A stretch of DNA of 59,021 nucleotides from IMG/VR virus record IMGVR_UViG_3300021446_000194; one strand, given 5' to 3'. Below the pieces are notes generated by a model. It saw only the letters and a list, made by a program, of their open reading frames with translations, was not told the origin of the DNA and did no database searches. Shown here piece by piece: positions 28,453-36,565 of the stretch. The stretch's first letter is position 1. Every line of letters begins with the position of its first letter. Both the position numbers and the translations under genes were made by a program. The stretch is from an uncultured virus (IMG/VR IMGVR_UViG_3300021446_000194). Lineage: Varidnaviria > Helvetiavirae > Dividoviricota > Laserviricetes > Halopanivirales.

Positions 28453-29303
28453 ACCCGCTGCACAGACACATTGAACGCGACGCGAGACGACGCAAAGCGC
28501 GACGCGGCGACGTGGCGCGCTGCGTGGTAGTCGACGACCGGCGCTCGTCGGACGCTCCCGACGACGCTGCCGAGGCCGGACGCGGATACCCGGACCTCGG
28601 CCTGTCAGCGAACGCATGTCGGCGTTGCCGGCCGCTGCGCCGCTGTCGCCTGCACGCTCCGCCCCGCAACCCCATGACGCACGCGGGACGCCTGTGCTCC
28701 GCTGCTGGCGGCCTCACGGTCGCTCTCACGAGGCAGGCGAGCCCATCACGTCACGAACCCACCGACGAGCCGACAAGGCGCGGGCTGACGGGCCGGCGTC
28801 GCCTCACGGCGGCGCGACAAGGCCCGGGCCGACGCGCCGGGCTCCGAGGGATCGAGACAGGCATACGGCGGCTGATGTCGTCCCGTGCCGCGAGTAGAGG
28901 GGAGCGGAGCACAACGCCAAGCCGGCAGGATAACCGCGAGGTGGACCGCCCGGTGTCCGGGTTGTCGGGTTCGATCCCCGGCCGTGACCCTGACGGCGTC
29001 GGCGTTGTCGGCGGGTTTTGGACCACTAACCGCTACCCGGTGGGCACTCTCTCGGCTGCGAGGCCGACGAGCCAACGCCGGAAGACCGCACGACGACGGG
29101 AACGCAACGAGTAGGGCCGGATCGAGAGACCCGACCCGCGGGCCGACGCGAAGCCGTACCCAGAGTGCGACACTGTCCGCTGATTCCTCCGCTGCGGGTC
29201 TCTGACCCAAATGCGGGATCAACTGGTCACACACACCTAAACCGCAACAGTCCGGCCGCTCGAACCGCGGGCCGTTGGGCTGTTGTGGGGGTGTTGTTCG
29301 ATC
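28450..29303 (+). ncRNA. Candidate large structured RNA or long 5' leader
   Basis: No acidic ORF; dense nested inverted repeats; T-loop-like arm at 28965-28981; several UCAC-loop hairpins. Confidence 0.55.
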
Positions 29304-29615
29304 ATGTCTGATACCGACAAAGTCAGCCCGGACGAGCTCCGGGAGCAACTGGAGGACCGCCACGGAGTCGTTGCTGTCGACTGCTGGGAACCCATCGAGG
29401 ACCACAACGAGCGGGTCAGCGACGACTTTAAGCAGTTCCCAATCACCGTGAGGAGCGGGGATAGCGGCACGCCGCTGTTCGCGGAAGTGAGACAGGCTGG
29501 ATGGTTCGTCGCGGGAGCGTACCCGCACGCACACCCGGATAGATCGGGATGCTGCACGACGCTACTGGTCCGCGACGTGCCGCCCCAAGAGACCGTCCCC
29601 ACGGCCGAGGCGTAG
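29304..29615 (+). CDS. Hypothetical cassette-like protein
   Basis: Acidic ORF following a hairpin and GGGGGTG motif. Confidence 0.75.
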   Translation: MSDTDKVSPDELREQLEDRHGVVAVDCWEPIEDHNERVSDDFKQFPITVRSGDSGTPLFAEVRQAGWFVAGAYPHAHPDRSGCCTTLLVRDVPPQETVPTAEA

Positions 29616-29679
29616 CAACCCCGCTGTGCTGGCTCGCGCTGGCACTGCGGCCTTCCCAGCACCATGCTGGGGGTGTGCT

Positions 29680-30129
29680 ATGACTGAAGCCAACCCGCTG
29701 CCGACTGCAAGTCAGGAGGATTGGACCGAAGAGGATCGCGCGCTTGCCGCCACCGGCGACTTGTGGAAGCCCGACGGCGACGACAACCCTGCCGCCACCG
29801 GCAGTAGAGCGACGACAAACGACGGGCGAGTCTGGGATGTCGCTCCGTCGACTGTCAGCGTCGACGACAACCGGGAGGTCCGAATCTCTCCCCCCGACCG
29901 CGACGGCTGGGTCACATGCGAGCCGACACACCCAGCGTCGGGCAAATGGACTCCGAACCCCATGACCACGGTTATGACTGTCCCACGGGACGGTCACGAC
30001 TACGTCGCCGTTTTCAGGCGTCTCACCTGCGGGGCCGGGACGGTCGGGTACCGGCTCCGCTACGTCGGGCCCTACCTGCACTCCGGAGGTGCGTACTCTG
30101 AGGCGTTCCCCGTCGAGGGGGTTTACTGA
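29680..30129 (+). CDS. Hypothetical cassette-like protein
   Basis: ORF bounded by two repeat copies. Confidence 0.75.
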   Translation: MTEANPLPTASQEDWTEEDRALAATGDLWKPDGDDNPAATGSRATTNDGRVWDVAPSTVSVDDNREVRISPPDRDGWVTCEPTHPASGKWTPNPMTTVMTVPRDGHDYVAVFRRLTCGAGTVGYRLRYVGPYLHSGGAYSEAFPVEGVY

Positions 30130-30189
30130 CCGACACGCCGGCTCGTGCCGGCGTTGCGGCCTACCCCGGAACAGCCGGGGGTGTGACCT

Positions 30190-30693
30190 ATGTCCAACGA
30201 CCACGGCCTATCAGTTGGCGATGTAGTACAGAAGCAGAACGCCCAACGGCTCGACGTTATCGCGGTTTCCGACAACGACGGCGCCGTAACGCTCGTGCCC
30301 GAGGGAAAGCGCACTATCGGCTTCGGCGACCCCGAGACGTGGGGCGCTGAAACCGTTGCTGGCTTCATCGAGAACGGCGACATAAAGGTTCTCGATGGCG
30401 ACAACGACGCCGACGAGTTCGGCGGCACCGACGACCTGCCTGGACGCGCCCAAGCCCGTGAGATCGGCACGACGCTGGAGATCCGCACGAGGGAGGCCCA
30501 ACACGGCTATGTTGCAGACTTCGAGCGGGGTTCCGAGTTGGTGGGAGAGATGCTGAACATCTCCCACTCGGCGGCGTCACTCTCGCCCGGCGCAACGCTG
30601 GAGTTCGGCGGAGACCGTCGGAAGCGCGTTACCGTGCTCGATCAGGGAGCGAGCGGGAGCCTGCTTGCTGTCGAGATCGGCGACAGAGACTAA
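30190..30693 (+). CDS. Hypothetical cassette-like protein
   Basis: ORF bounded by two repeat copies. Confidence 0.8.
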   Translation: MSNDHGLSVGDVVQKQNAQRLDVIAVSDNDGAVTLVPEGKRTIGFGDPETWGAETVAGFIENGDIKVLDGDNDADEFGGTDDLPGRAQAREIGTTLEIRTREAQHGYVADFERGSELVGEMLNISHSAASLSPGATLEFGGDRRKRVTVLDQGASGSLLAVEIGDRD

Positions 30694-30756
30694 CCGCCTG
30701 CGGTACCGGCTCACGCCGGCGCTGCGGCCTTCCCAGCACCGCGCTGGGGTGTGACC

Positions 30757-31119
30757 ATGACCGAAGCCACGACGACGGACGACGACGAGGTACAGCCCGA
30801 GGACGTGATCAATGGCTCAAGGCTTGCCCGCGACTGGGAGCCCGAGGACTGGCGGCAGGCATACCGCAACGCCGGCAGTGTCGAGGAGGCTAACGACGTG
30901 GCTCAAGCCTTCAAGCTGCTGGATTCTGGCCGTTGGTGGGACATGTGCCAAGAGGTGCACAAGGTCTTTGGCTGCTCAGATAAATCCGGCCGCGAAGCGT
31001 TCGCGGAGGCCCACCCGCAGATGGTGGAGTGGGCAAGCGTTTGGGGACTCTGCGAGCATATGGCGCGCTTCCCGCGCCACACGGAGGCTAGCGAGGAGCG
31101 GCTAACCTTCCGCGACTAA
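30757..31119 (+). CDS. Hypothetical cassette-like protein
   Basis: ORF bounded by two repeat copies. Confidence 0.8.
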   Translation: MTEATTTDDDEVQPEDVINGSRLARDWEPEDWRQAYRNAGSVEEANDVAQAFKLLDSGRWWDMCQEVHKVFGCSDKSGREAFAEAHPQMVEWASVWGLCEHMARFPRHTEASEERLTFRD

Positions 31120-31183
31120 AAGCGCCGCTGGGCCGCCTCACGGCGGCGCTGCGGCTTCTCCCGGACCGCCCGGGGAGTGTGCC

Positions 31184-31402
31184 ATGAACTCGACAACAGT
31201 CCGCGAGACCGAAGAGTATGGACAGTTTGCACCGTCGGGCTACACAGTCGCCCCGCTCGGTGACAGCTACGTTCGGTTTTTCGGCGGGTTCAGAGTCGAA
31301 CCCTCCCGTCACTGACAGGCCGTCACGCATGACGTGCTCGTAGATCAGGACGGTAGCGTGCAAGTACATATCAACGGAACGCCGCTCGCAGAACTCCCGT
31401 AA
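31184..31402 (+). pseudogene. Cassette-like ORF interrupted by an in-frame TGA at 31313-31315
   Basis: The frame stays open after the TGA to a TAA that overlaps the next repeat copy. Confidence 0.6.
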
Positions 31403-31456
31403 CGCCACCTCACGGCGGCGCTACGGCCTACCCTGGCACCGTGCCGGGGGTGTGAT

Positions 31457-31777
31457 ATGACCACCGAAGCCAACGCCGACGACTTCGCGGCAGAGATGGA
31501 CAGCAACCCGTGCGGCCGCCGTGTCGGCCTCCGAGCAGTCGGGCCCTACGTGCTCGAACGCTACGACGATCTGATTACTGCCCGCCGTCGACGCAAGAAC
31601 GGCGATGAGTTACAGGAGCGGATCGGCGTTTGGGTCAAGGACCCCGACCATTGGCGGACGTACCGCAAAGTCGGATCGTTCAGGGCCGTAGCAGCCAATA
31701 TCGCCAAGATGTGGGACAGGCTGGACGACACCGATGCCGTCGCCGAGTGGGTCGAAGAGTACCCATCCGACATCTAA
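31457..31777 (+). CDS. Hypothetical cassette-like protein
   Basis: ORF bounded by two repeat copies. Confidence 0.8.
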   Translation: MTTEANADDFAAEMDSNPCGRRVGLRAVGPYVLERYDDLITARRRRKNGDELQERIGVWVKDPDHWRTYRKVGSFRAVAANIAKMWDRLDDTDAVAEWVEEYPSDI

Positions 31778-31842
31778 CCGGCCGCGGTGCCGGCTCATGC
31801 CGGCGCTGCGGCGTCCTGGGGACGGTCCCGGGGGTGTGTTCG

Positions 31843-32103
31843 ATGGTACGAGTTCGAGACCTACATTTCCGCCGACGACCCGGCTACTGCGTAGAGTTTG
31901 ATAGATTCGGGCTGTTCGTTCTCTCCGAGCAGCAGCTCGACGCGGTCGCCGAGGCCGTCGACACGATCAAAGCCGAGACCGCCGACGCTAACGAGACTGT
32001 TACCGGCAGCGTCCACGTATCCGGGGCGAACGCCCGGATCGTGTGGGACGATCCGGACCGCGACCCGCTGGGTCCGACCGATGTAACGCCGGAGGCTGTC
32101 TAA
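31843..32103 (+). CDS. Hypothetical cassette-like protein
   Basis: ATG directly after a repeat copy. Confidence 0.75.
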   Translation: MVRVRDLHFRRRPGYCVEFDRFGLFVLSEQQLDAVAEAVDTIKAETADANETVTGSVHVSGANARIVWDDPDRDPLGPTDVTPEAV

Positions 32104-32219
32104 TGTCTCTCTGGTATAACGTCTGTCGGAACTTCCGACGGGGCGACGGGCTCGGCGAAGATCGGCAGGGTGAAACGTGCTGCTCCGAGTGCGGTACGAG
32201 GCTCCGCCCGAGCGGCTGA
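32103..32219 (+). CDS. Tiny Cys-containing protein (38 aa)
   Basis: TAATG coupling; CSECG; ends at the next repeat. Confidence 0.45.
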   Translation: MSLWYNVCRNFRRGDGLGEDRQGETCCSECGTRLRPSG

Positions 32220-32282
32220 AATCCCGCGGGCCGGTTCACGCCGGCGCCGCGGCTTTCCCCCGGAGCGGTCGGGGGTGTGACC

Positions 32283-32591
32283 ATGTCCGATCAAGACACG
32301 ACCGACGACGAGTATAACCGACCCGACGACGGTCCCGCCACGGGACACGCGGCCGTTGGGTTCGTGACCGGCCAACGCTTCCCCGACGGCGAGCGTCCGG
32401 AGGAGGTCCGGATCATCTACGAGCGCGACGGGAGCGAGCACGCGGCCGTTGTTCTCCGAACATCTGGCTCCGTCGAAATCAGCCCTGGCGACTCTGTGCG
32501 GTTCCAGACCGCCCGCACAAACGTAGGGAGCACAACCGACGTTGTGTATATCGACCGGCTGCTCGGGGCCCGCCCCGTTCCCGCCGAGTGA
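32283..32591 (+). CDS. Hypothetical cassette-like protein
   Basis: ORF bounded by two repeat copies. Confidence 0.75.
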   Translation: MSDQDTTDDEYNRPDDGPATGHAAVGFVTGQRFPDGERPEEVRIIYERDGSEHAAVVLRTSGSVEISPGDSVRFQTARTNVGSTTDVVYIDRLLGARPVPAE

Positions 32592-32640
32592 CCCCCCCAC
32601 GGGCTCGCTCGGCTTCTCCCGGCTTTGCCGGGGTGTGACT

Positions 32641-32940
32641 ATGTCAGAGACCGACACCGACACCGACACGGCGACCGTCAGAGAAAAGAAGTTCAACGGG
32701 ACGGCGACGTTCGAGATCGAAACAACGTCAGCCCGGAAGGCTAAGGCTGCCGCCGAACGCTTCTTCCGCGAAAAACATGGTGAACGTCCCACTGAGACGG
32801 TCGTACAGGAACGCGACCACAACTACCACTGCATCCACGATAAAGCCGACAAAAGCGACCATTCGCTTTACGATGTGATAGTCACCGACCACAGTTCGGG
32901 GACTCATGCAGATGTTGAGACCTACGAGTTCGACCAGTAG
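32641..32940 (+). CDS. Hypothetical cassette-like protein
   Basis: ORF bounded by two repeat copies. Confidence 0.75.
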   Translation: MSETDTDTDTATVREKKFNGTATFEIETTSARKAKAAAERFFREKHGERPTETVVQERDHNYHCIHDKADKSDHSLYDVIVTDHSSGTHADVETYEFDQ

Positions 32941-32992
32941 ACCCGCCTCAAAGCGGGCTGCTGCGTACCCGGCACCGCGCCGGGCTGTGACC

Positions 32993-33274
32993 ATGTCCGG
33001 CAAGGCAACTAACAACGGATGGAAAACTGATGATCCGATCTACAACCAATGCGAGTGTGGGCGCCACGTCCGAGGCGACCGCATCTGTGGGTGCGGTCGA
33101 CGGCAGGGAAAGGGACACACCTACATGGCGAATGGGAACACTGACAGGGCAGGCAACTACGCCGTCGTGGCTGGTAACTATCAGTGGGCAAGTGACACGT
33201 CGGCATTTGATACCCCTCCTGGCGTCGTTCGTGCGTCGGTTAAGGCCACCCTCGACGCCTCGGGGCTCCGATAA
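32993..33274 (+). CDS. Small zinc-finger protein
   Basis: CECG...CGCG; ATG after a repeat copy. Confidence 0.6.
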   Translation: MSGKATNNGWKTDDPIYNQCECGRHVRGDRICGCGRRQGKGHTYMANGNTDRAGNYAVVAGNYQWASDTSAFDTPPGVVRASVKATLDASGLR

Positions 33275-33524
33275 TGCCGAGTGTGCCTTTTGCGGCAAGG
33301 TGTACGTTCACTGGACGGTCCGCTGCGTCGACTGTGGCTATCTGCACGTGCAGGAGGAGCACGCATAACTGACGGCGAGGGTCATTCCCTCCCCGTCGCT
33401 TGGGGCCTGACACGCCCCTGGGGGCTGACACGCCCCCCACACCCCCGCAGATCAACGCTTACCGGCGCTGGGCGGTCCCCCCCGCCCCGCCGGCCTTTCC
33501 GGCATCGCGCCGGGGTGTGACAAC

Positions 33525-34100
33525 ATGGACGATAACACCGAGCGAAAGCAAACTCTGAGGACGGGGATGGACCTCGCTCAGCGCAACAAGTACCAAGCTC
33601 GAATCGACCAGCGGCTCAGGGACGCTTTTGAGAACCGCGAGGAAGCGGTCAAGCAGTCCAGAGACCGCTTTGCGAGAGCCATTGAGGAGGGCTGGACAAT
33701 CCGCCACGCCGTCGCCACGTCCGGCGCCCACGGGTGGCAGATCGAAAGTGACGACGATGGCCTCCGGCTGTCGGAAGGTGCGTACCCGGGAGATGTTTCG
33801 TGGTTAGTCTTTGAGAATGGTTGGATTCACCGCACCGGCGCGCGCTGGCTCAAAGACGACGACCTTGCCGCCTGGGTCCGCCGGAAGAAAGATAGTCAGG
33901 AGGCAATCACCGAGCGGCTGCGAGAAAAAGAGCGCGAGGCGTTTGAGGCTGATGACCGTATCCGGTATGCGGTGGACACAACCGGCGAGAAGATGCCGGG
34001 GTGGTGGGTTTTCAGGCCGACTGGTTACACCGGCACTCCTCGGCATGTTGTCGCGTATGCCGCCGGGTACGACGCTCGACAGGGCGGGGAAGAAGAATAA
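33525..34100 (+). CDS. Hypothetical protein
   Basis: ATG after a repeat copy. Confidence 0.8.
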   Translation: MDDNTERKQTLRTGMDLAQRNKYQARIDQRLRDAFENREEAVKQSRDRFARAIEEGWTIRHAVATSGAHGWQIESDDDGLRLSEGAYPGDVSWLVFENGWIHRTGARWLKDDDLAAWVRRKKDSQEAITERLREKEREAFEADDRIRYAVDTTGEKMPGWWVFRPTGYTGTPRHVVAYAAGYDARQGGEEE

Positions 34101-34176
34101 GTTAGAAGAGTGAACCACGTCGACGGGCCGGACCCGTCGGCGTCCTCTCACGGTGCGGTGCCGTGTGTTATTAGCT

Positions 34177-34752
34177 ATGCCAGAATACGGGATCTACCTC
34201 GATGTAGACAGTGACGGCGTGTACCTATCCGCGCCTGACCGCTACACGGGGATAACAGCAGCACAGCACGCGACCTACGTCCTCTCCGAGATCGTGGGCA
34301 GCCGCCACGGGGGAAACGCGCCCTACGCGCGGATGCTCATGTCGGCATCCCAGTGGCTCCACGACGCCAGGCAGTACGACTCCGCCCGGGGGATCGTCTA
34401 CTCGGATGAGGGGAGTGACGAACACCCACCGGCTCGGGGGCAGGTGGCGGACGTGTTCCTGATCCTAGCGGGAGCACACGCTGCCGACACTTTCGGACGG
34501 ACTGGGACAAAAAAGATGGAGGAGGGTGTTTCCTTCGCCAACGATCTGGCCGAACGCCTTGGCGACGAGATCGGGACGACGCCGATCAACCACGGACCAG
34601 CGGTTCAAGAGCCGGAGCGTATACACCACTATAAAGGCCCGTCATCGTTCATGCAGCAGCGGTTCTGTACCGACTGTGGCGGCGAGGCGACGGGTGAGCT
34701 CCCCGAGGGGGGAAAGTGCCCGTTCTGCGAGGAGAGTGGGACGCTGATCTGA
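34177..34752 (+). CDS. Hypothetical protein with C-terminal Zn ribbon
   Basis: CTDC...CPFC. Confidence 0.75.
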   Translation: MPEYGIYLDVDSDGVYLSAPDRYTGITAAQHATYVLSEIVGSRHGGNAPYARMLMSASQWLHDARQYDSARGIVYSDEGSDEHPPARGQVADVFLILAGAHAADTFGRTGTKKMEEGVSFANDLAERLGDEIGTTPINHGPAVQEPERIHHYKGPSSFMQQRFCTDCGGEATGELPEGGKCPFCEESGTLI

Positions 34753-34802
34753 CCACCCGAGGATCACACCTTGGGAGGTTCTATCCGCCACGCGGCGGAG
34801 GT

Positions 34803-35828
34803 ATGACCATGGAATGGAACCCGTCCGCTAAGTACGAGTTGTACCTGCATTGGATAGACGACATCCTCACGGACGAGAAGCGTACCGTTCGTGACGTTTA
34901 CTACGCACTCGAATCCCGGGGCTTCCCGGACGAGTGCGCGGAGCAGGGGTACGACTTCAAGTATCGGTTTGTCAAGAGAGCGGTCAAGAAAGGCAGGAGG
35001 GCGGGGTATATCGACCCGTCGATGATCGTTGACACATCCCGGCGGGCCGTCGAAATCCCCAGCGAGGGGTACGACGACCCAGTGGAGTTCGCCGGGCGAA
35101 TAATGTCGACGGTAGCGAGCGGCTACAATGAGAACTTCTGGCGGGACCAGGACCATTACGTCGAGGTATGGCTCGAAAAGCAGTCGTTGGCGTCGGTGTT
35201 TGCGCCGATCTGCGCCGAACATAACGTCCGACTTGAAGCCACCCGCGGCGACTGGTCCGACAGCAAGGTCTATGAGGCAGCACACCGACTGCTTGACAAG
35301 CTGAACGCGGGCAAGCAGGTGCGCGTGGTCTACTGGGGGGACTTCAACCCCAGCGGGTTCCACGCACCCGTCAGCGTCCAACAGACGCTCAAGCACTACG
35401 GCCTCGATCTGGGGCCGCGGCAGCAGGACGAGCCCCCGTCGCGGTATTTCGACATCTGGCCGCAGAGTGAGCCGTCGTCGTGGAGCGGGCACGAAGGCGC
35501 CGACATCATGTTCGAGCGCGCGGGGCTAAACCTCGAACACATCAAGCGGTACAGTCTGCCTGAAAACCCCAACCCTTCGTCTTCGGACAAGGACCGCCAG
35601 CTACGCGAGCGGTTCCGGGAGCACGTTTCGGAGGGGCGAGACGTGAACGTCGAGCTTAACGCCCTCAAGGAGTTCCACCGCGACGATCTCGAAGCAGAGA
35701 TCAGGAATGGGATAACGCAGTATATCGACACCACGCAGCGCGCGACCACCGAAGAGCGTGTGGGCGAGCGCCAAGAGGCGATTCAGGAGGCGTTCAACGT
35801 GGACAGAGACGCGCTGAGCAGCCTGTAG
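34803..35828 (+). CDS. Topoisomerase VI A/Spo11-like protein (Mini-A type; WHD plus TOPRIM)
   Basis: TVRDVYY (catalytic Tyr context), VEVWLEK, YWGDFNPSG, VELNAL. Confidence 0.8.
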   Translation: MTMEWNPSAKYELYLHWIDDILTDEKRTVRDVYYALESRGFPDECAEQGYDFKYRFVKRAVKKGRRAGYIDPSMIVDTSRRAVEIPSEGYDDPVEFAGRIMSTVASGYNENFWRDQDHYVEVWLEKQSLASVFAPICAEHNVRLEATRGDWSDSKVYEAAHRLLDKLNAGKQVRVVYWGDFNPSGFHAPVSVQQTLKHYGLDLGPRQQDEPPSRYFDIWPQSEPSSWSGHEGADIMFERAGLNLEHIKRYSLPENPNPSSSDKDRQLRERFREHVSEGRDVNVELNALKEFHRDDLEAEIRNGITQYIDTTQRATTEERVGERQEAIQEAFNVDRDALSSL

Positions 35829-36005
35829 ACCGACAGCCAACATCTTCACCAGTGTTGGTGTCTTCGGGGGCAGCGAGCCCCCATTGCGCTGCCACAGGCA
35901 GCCAGCATAGAGTCGTACAAACAGTCCGTCACACCCTCGCGCATCGCCGCTGTTCGCTTATCCGCCAGCGCCTTCACCGGGGCTGGCGGTATTCCCCAAC
36001 TGGGG

Positions 36006-36290
36006 ATGATCCAGATGCCGCAGATAGACCACGACCTTCTCGAAGAACTGGAAGAGGACTACACACCCTCGGCCGCCGCCGAGGCGAACAAGGCCACGCT
36101 GGTCGCTGCGATCCTCGAACGGGCCAGCGTTAGCTACGACGAGAAAGAGTTGGAGAAGACCGACCGGGTTAAGTCCCGACACCTGCGCTCGCTTCTCCAT
36201 GCACTACAGGACGTGGAGGAGCGTTCCGATGGTGGTGAACCCAGCTCGATGTCGACCGCGACGGACAAAAAGGGCCGCCGGCGTCGGTAG
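36006..36290 (+). CDS. Hypothetical protein
   Basis: Acidic helical ORF after a hairpin leader. Confidence 0.7.
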   Translation: MIQMPQIDHDLLEELEEDYTPSAAAEANKATLVAAILERASVSYDEKELEKTDRVKSRHLRSLLHALQDVEERSDGGEPSSMSTATDKKGRRRR

Positions 36291-36295
36291 CAACG

Positions 36296-36481
36296 ATGAT
36301 CGACGCTTCTCTGTGGGTTTACCGCGGCGCGGCGACGATGGCTTTCTGCTACCTCTCCGTGACGACTCTCGTCTTCTCGGTGTATATCGGCCTCGTTGAC
36401 GGAGCGGTCACGGCTTCAGTTGTGTTGGCGTTCATCGCTGCGGCGCTCGCCCTGTTTGGGCTGATCGTTTTGCCGGAGTAG
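36296..36481 (+). CDS. Small membrane protein
   Basis: Two hydrophobic helices. Confidence 0.65.
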   Translation: MIDASLWVYRGAATMAFCYLSVTTLVFSVYIGLVDGAVTASVVLAFIAAALALFGLIVLPE

Positions 36482-36565
36482 CATTTCGAGGCTGGTCAGA
36501 CAGCTTTCGAGGGTTCTGCCCGCGGGCTCACGCGAGGGTTCGCTCGGGCGGAGGTGTGACCAATC

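Larger units (their letters stand above)
29621..33527 (+). repeat. Dispersed about 60-nt double-hairpin intergenic repeat, 10 clear copies
   Basis: Copies start near 29621, 30130, 30698, 31125, 31397, 31782, 32224, 32583, 32935 and 33462; consensus CCGCNGYGCCGSC-TCAC-GSCGGCGCTGCGG..CCCRG-loop-CYGGGGGTGTG..ATG. Confidence 0.9.

Noticed and set aside
28915..28992. tRNA gene
   Set aside because: Only a T-arm-like hairpin is present; no matching acceptor, D or anticodon stems at canonical spacing
28512..29114. 200-aa Arg-rich ORF and overlapping ORFs in the structured region
   Set aside because: Basic, low-complexity translations unlike the acidic proteome; expected by chance in very GC-rich DNA
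29621..33527. CRISPR array
   Set aside because: The repeats are about 60 nt and degenerate, the intervening sequences are whole ORFs of 200-500 nt, and there are no cas genes
34803..35828. Wadjet (JetABCD) defence system
   Set aside because: TOPRIM protein only; no SMC/MukB-like ATPase or kleisin partners nearby
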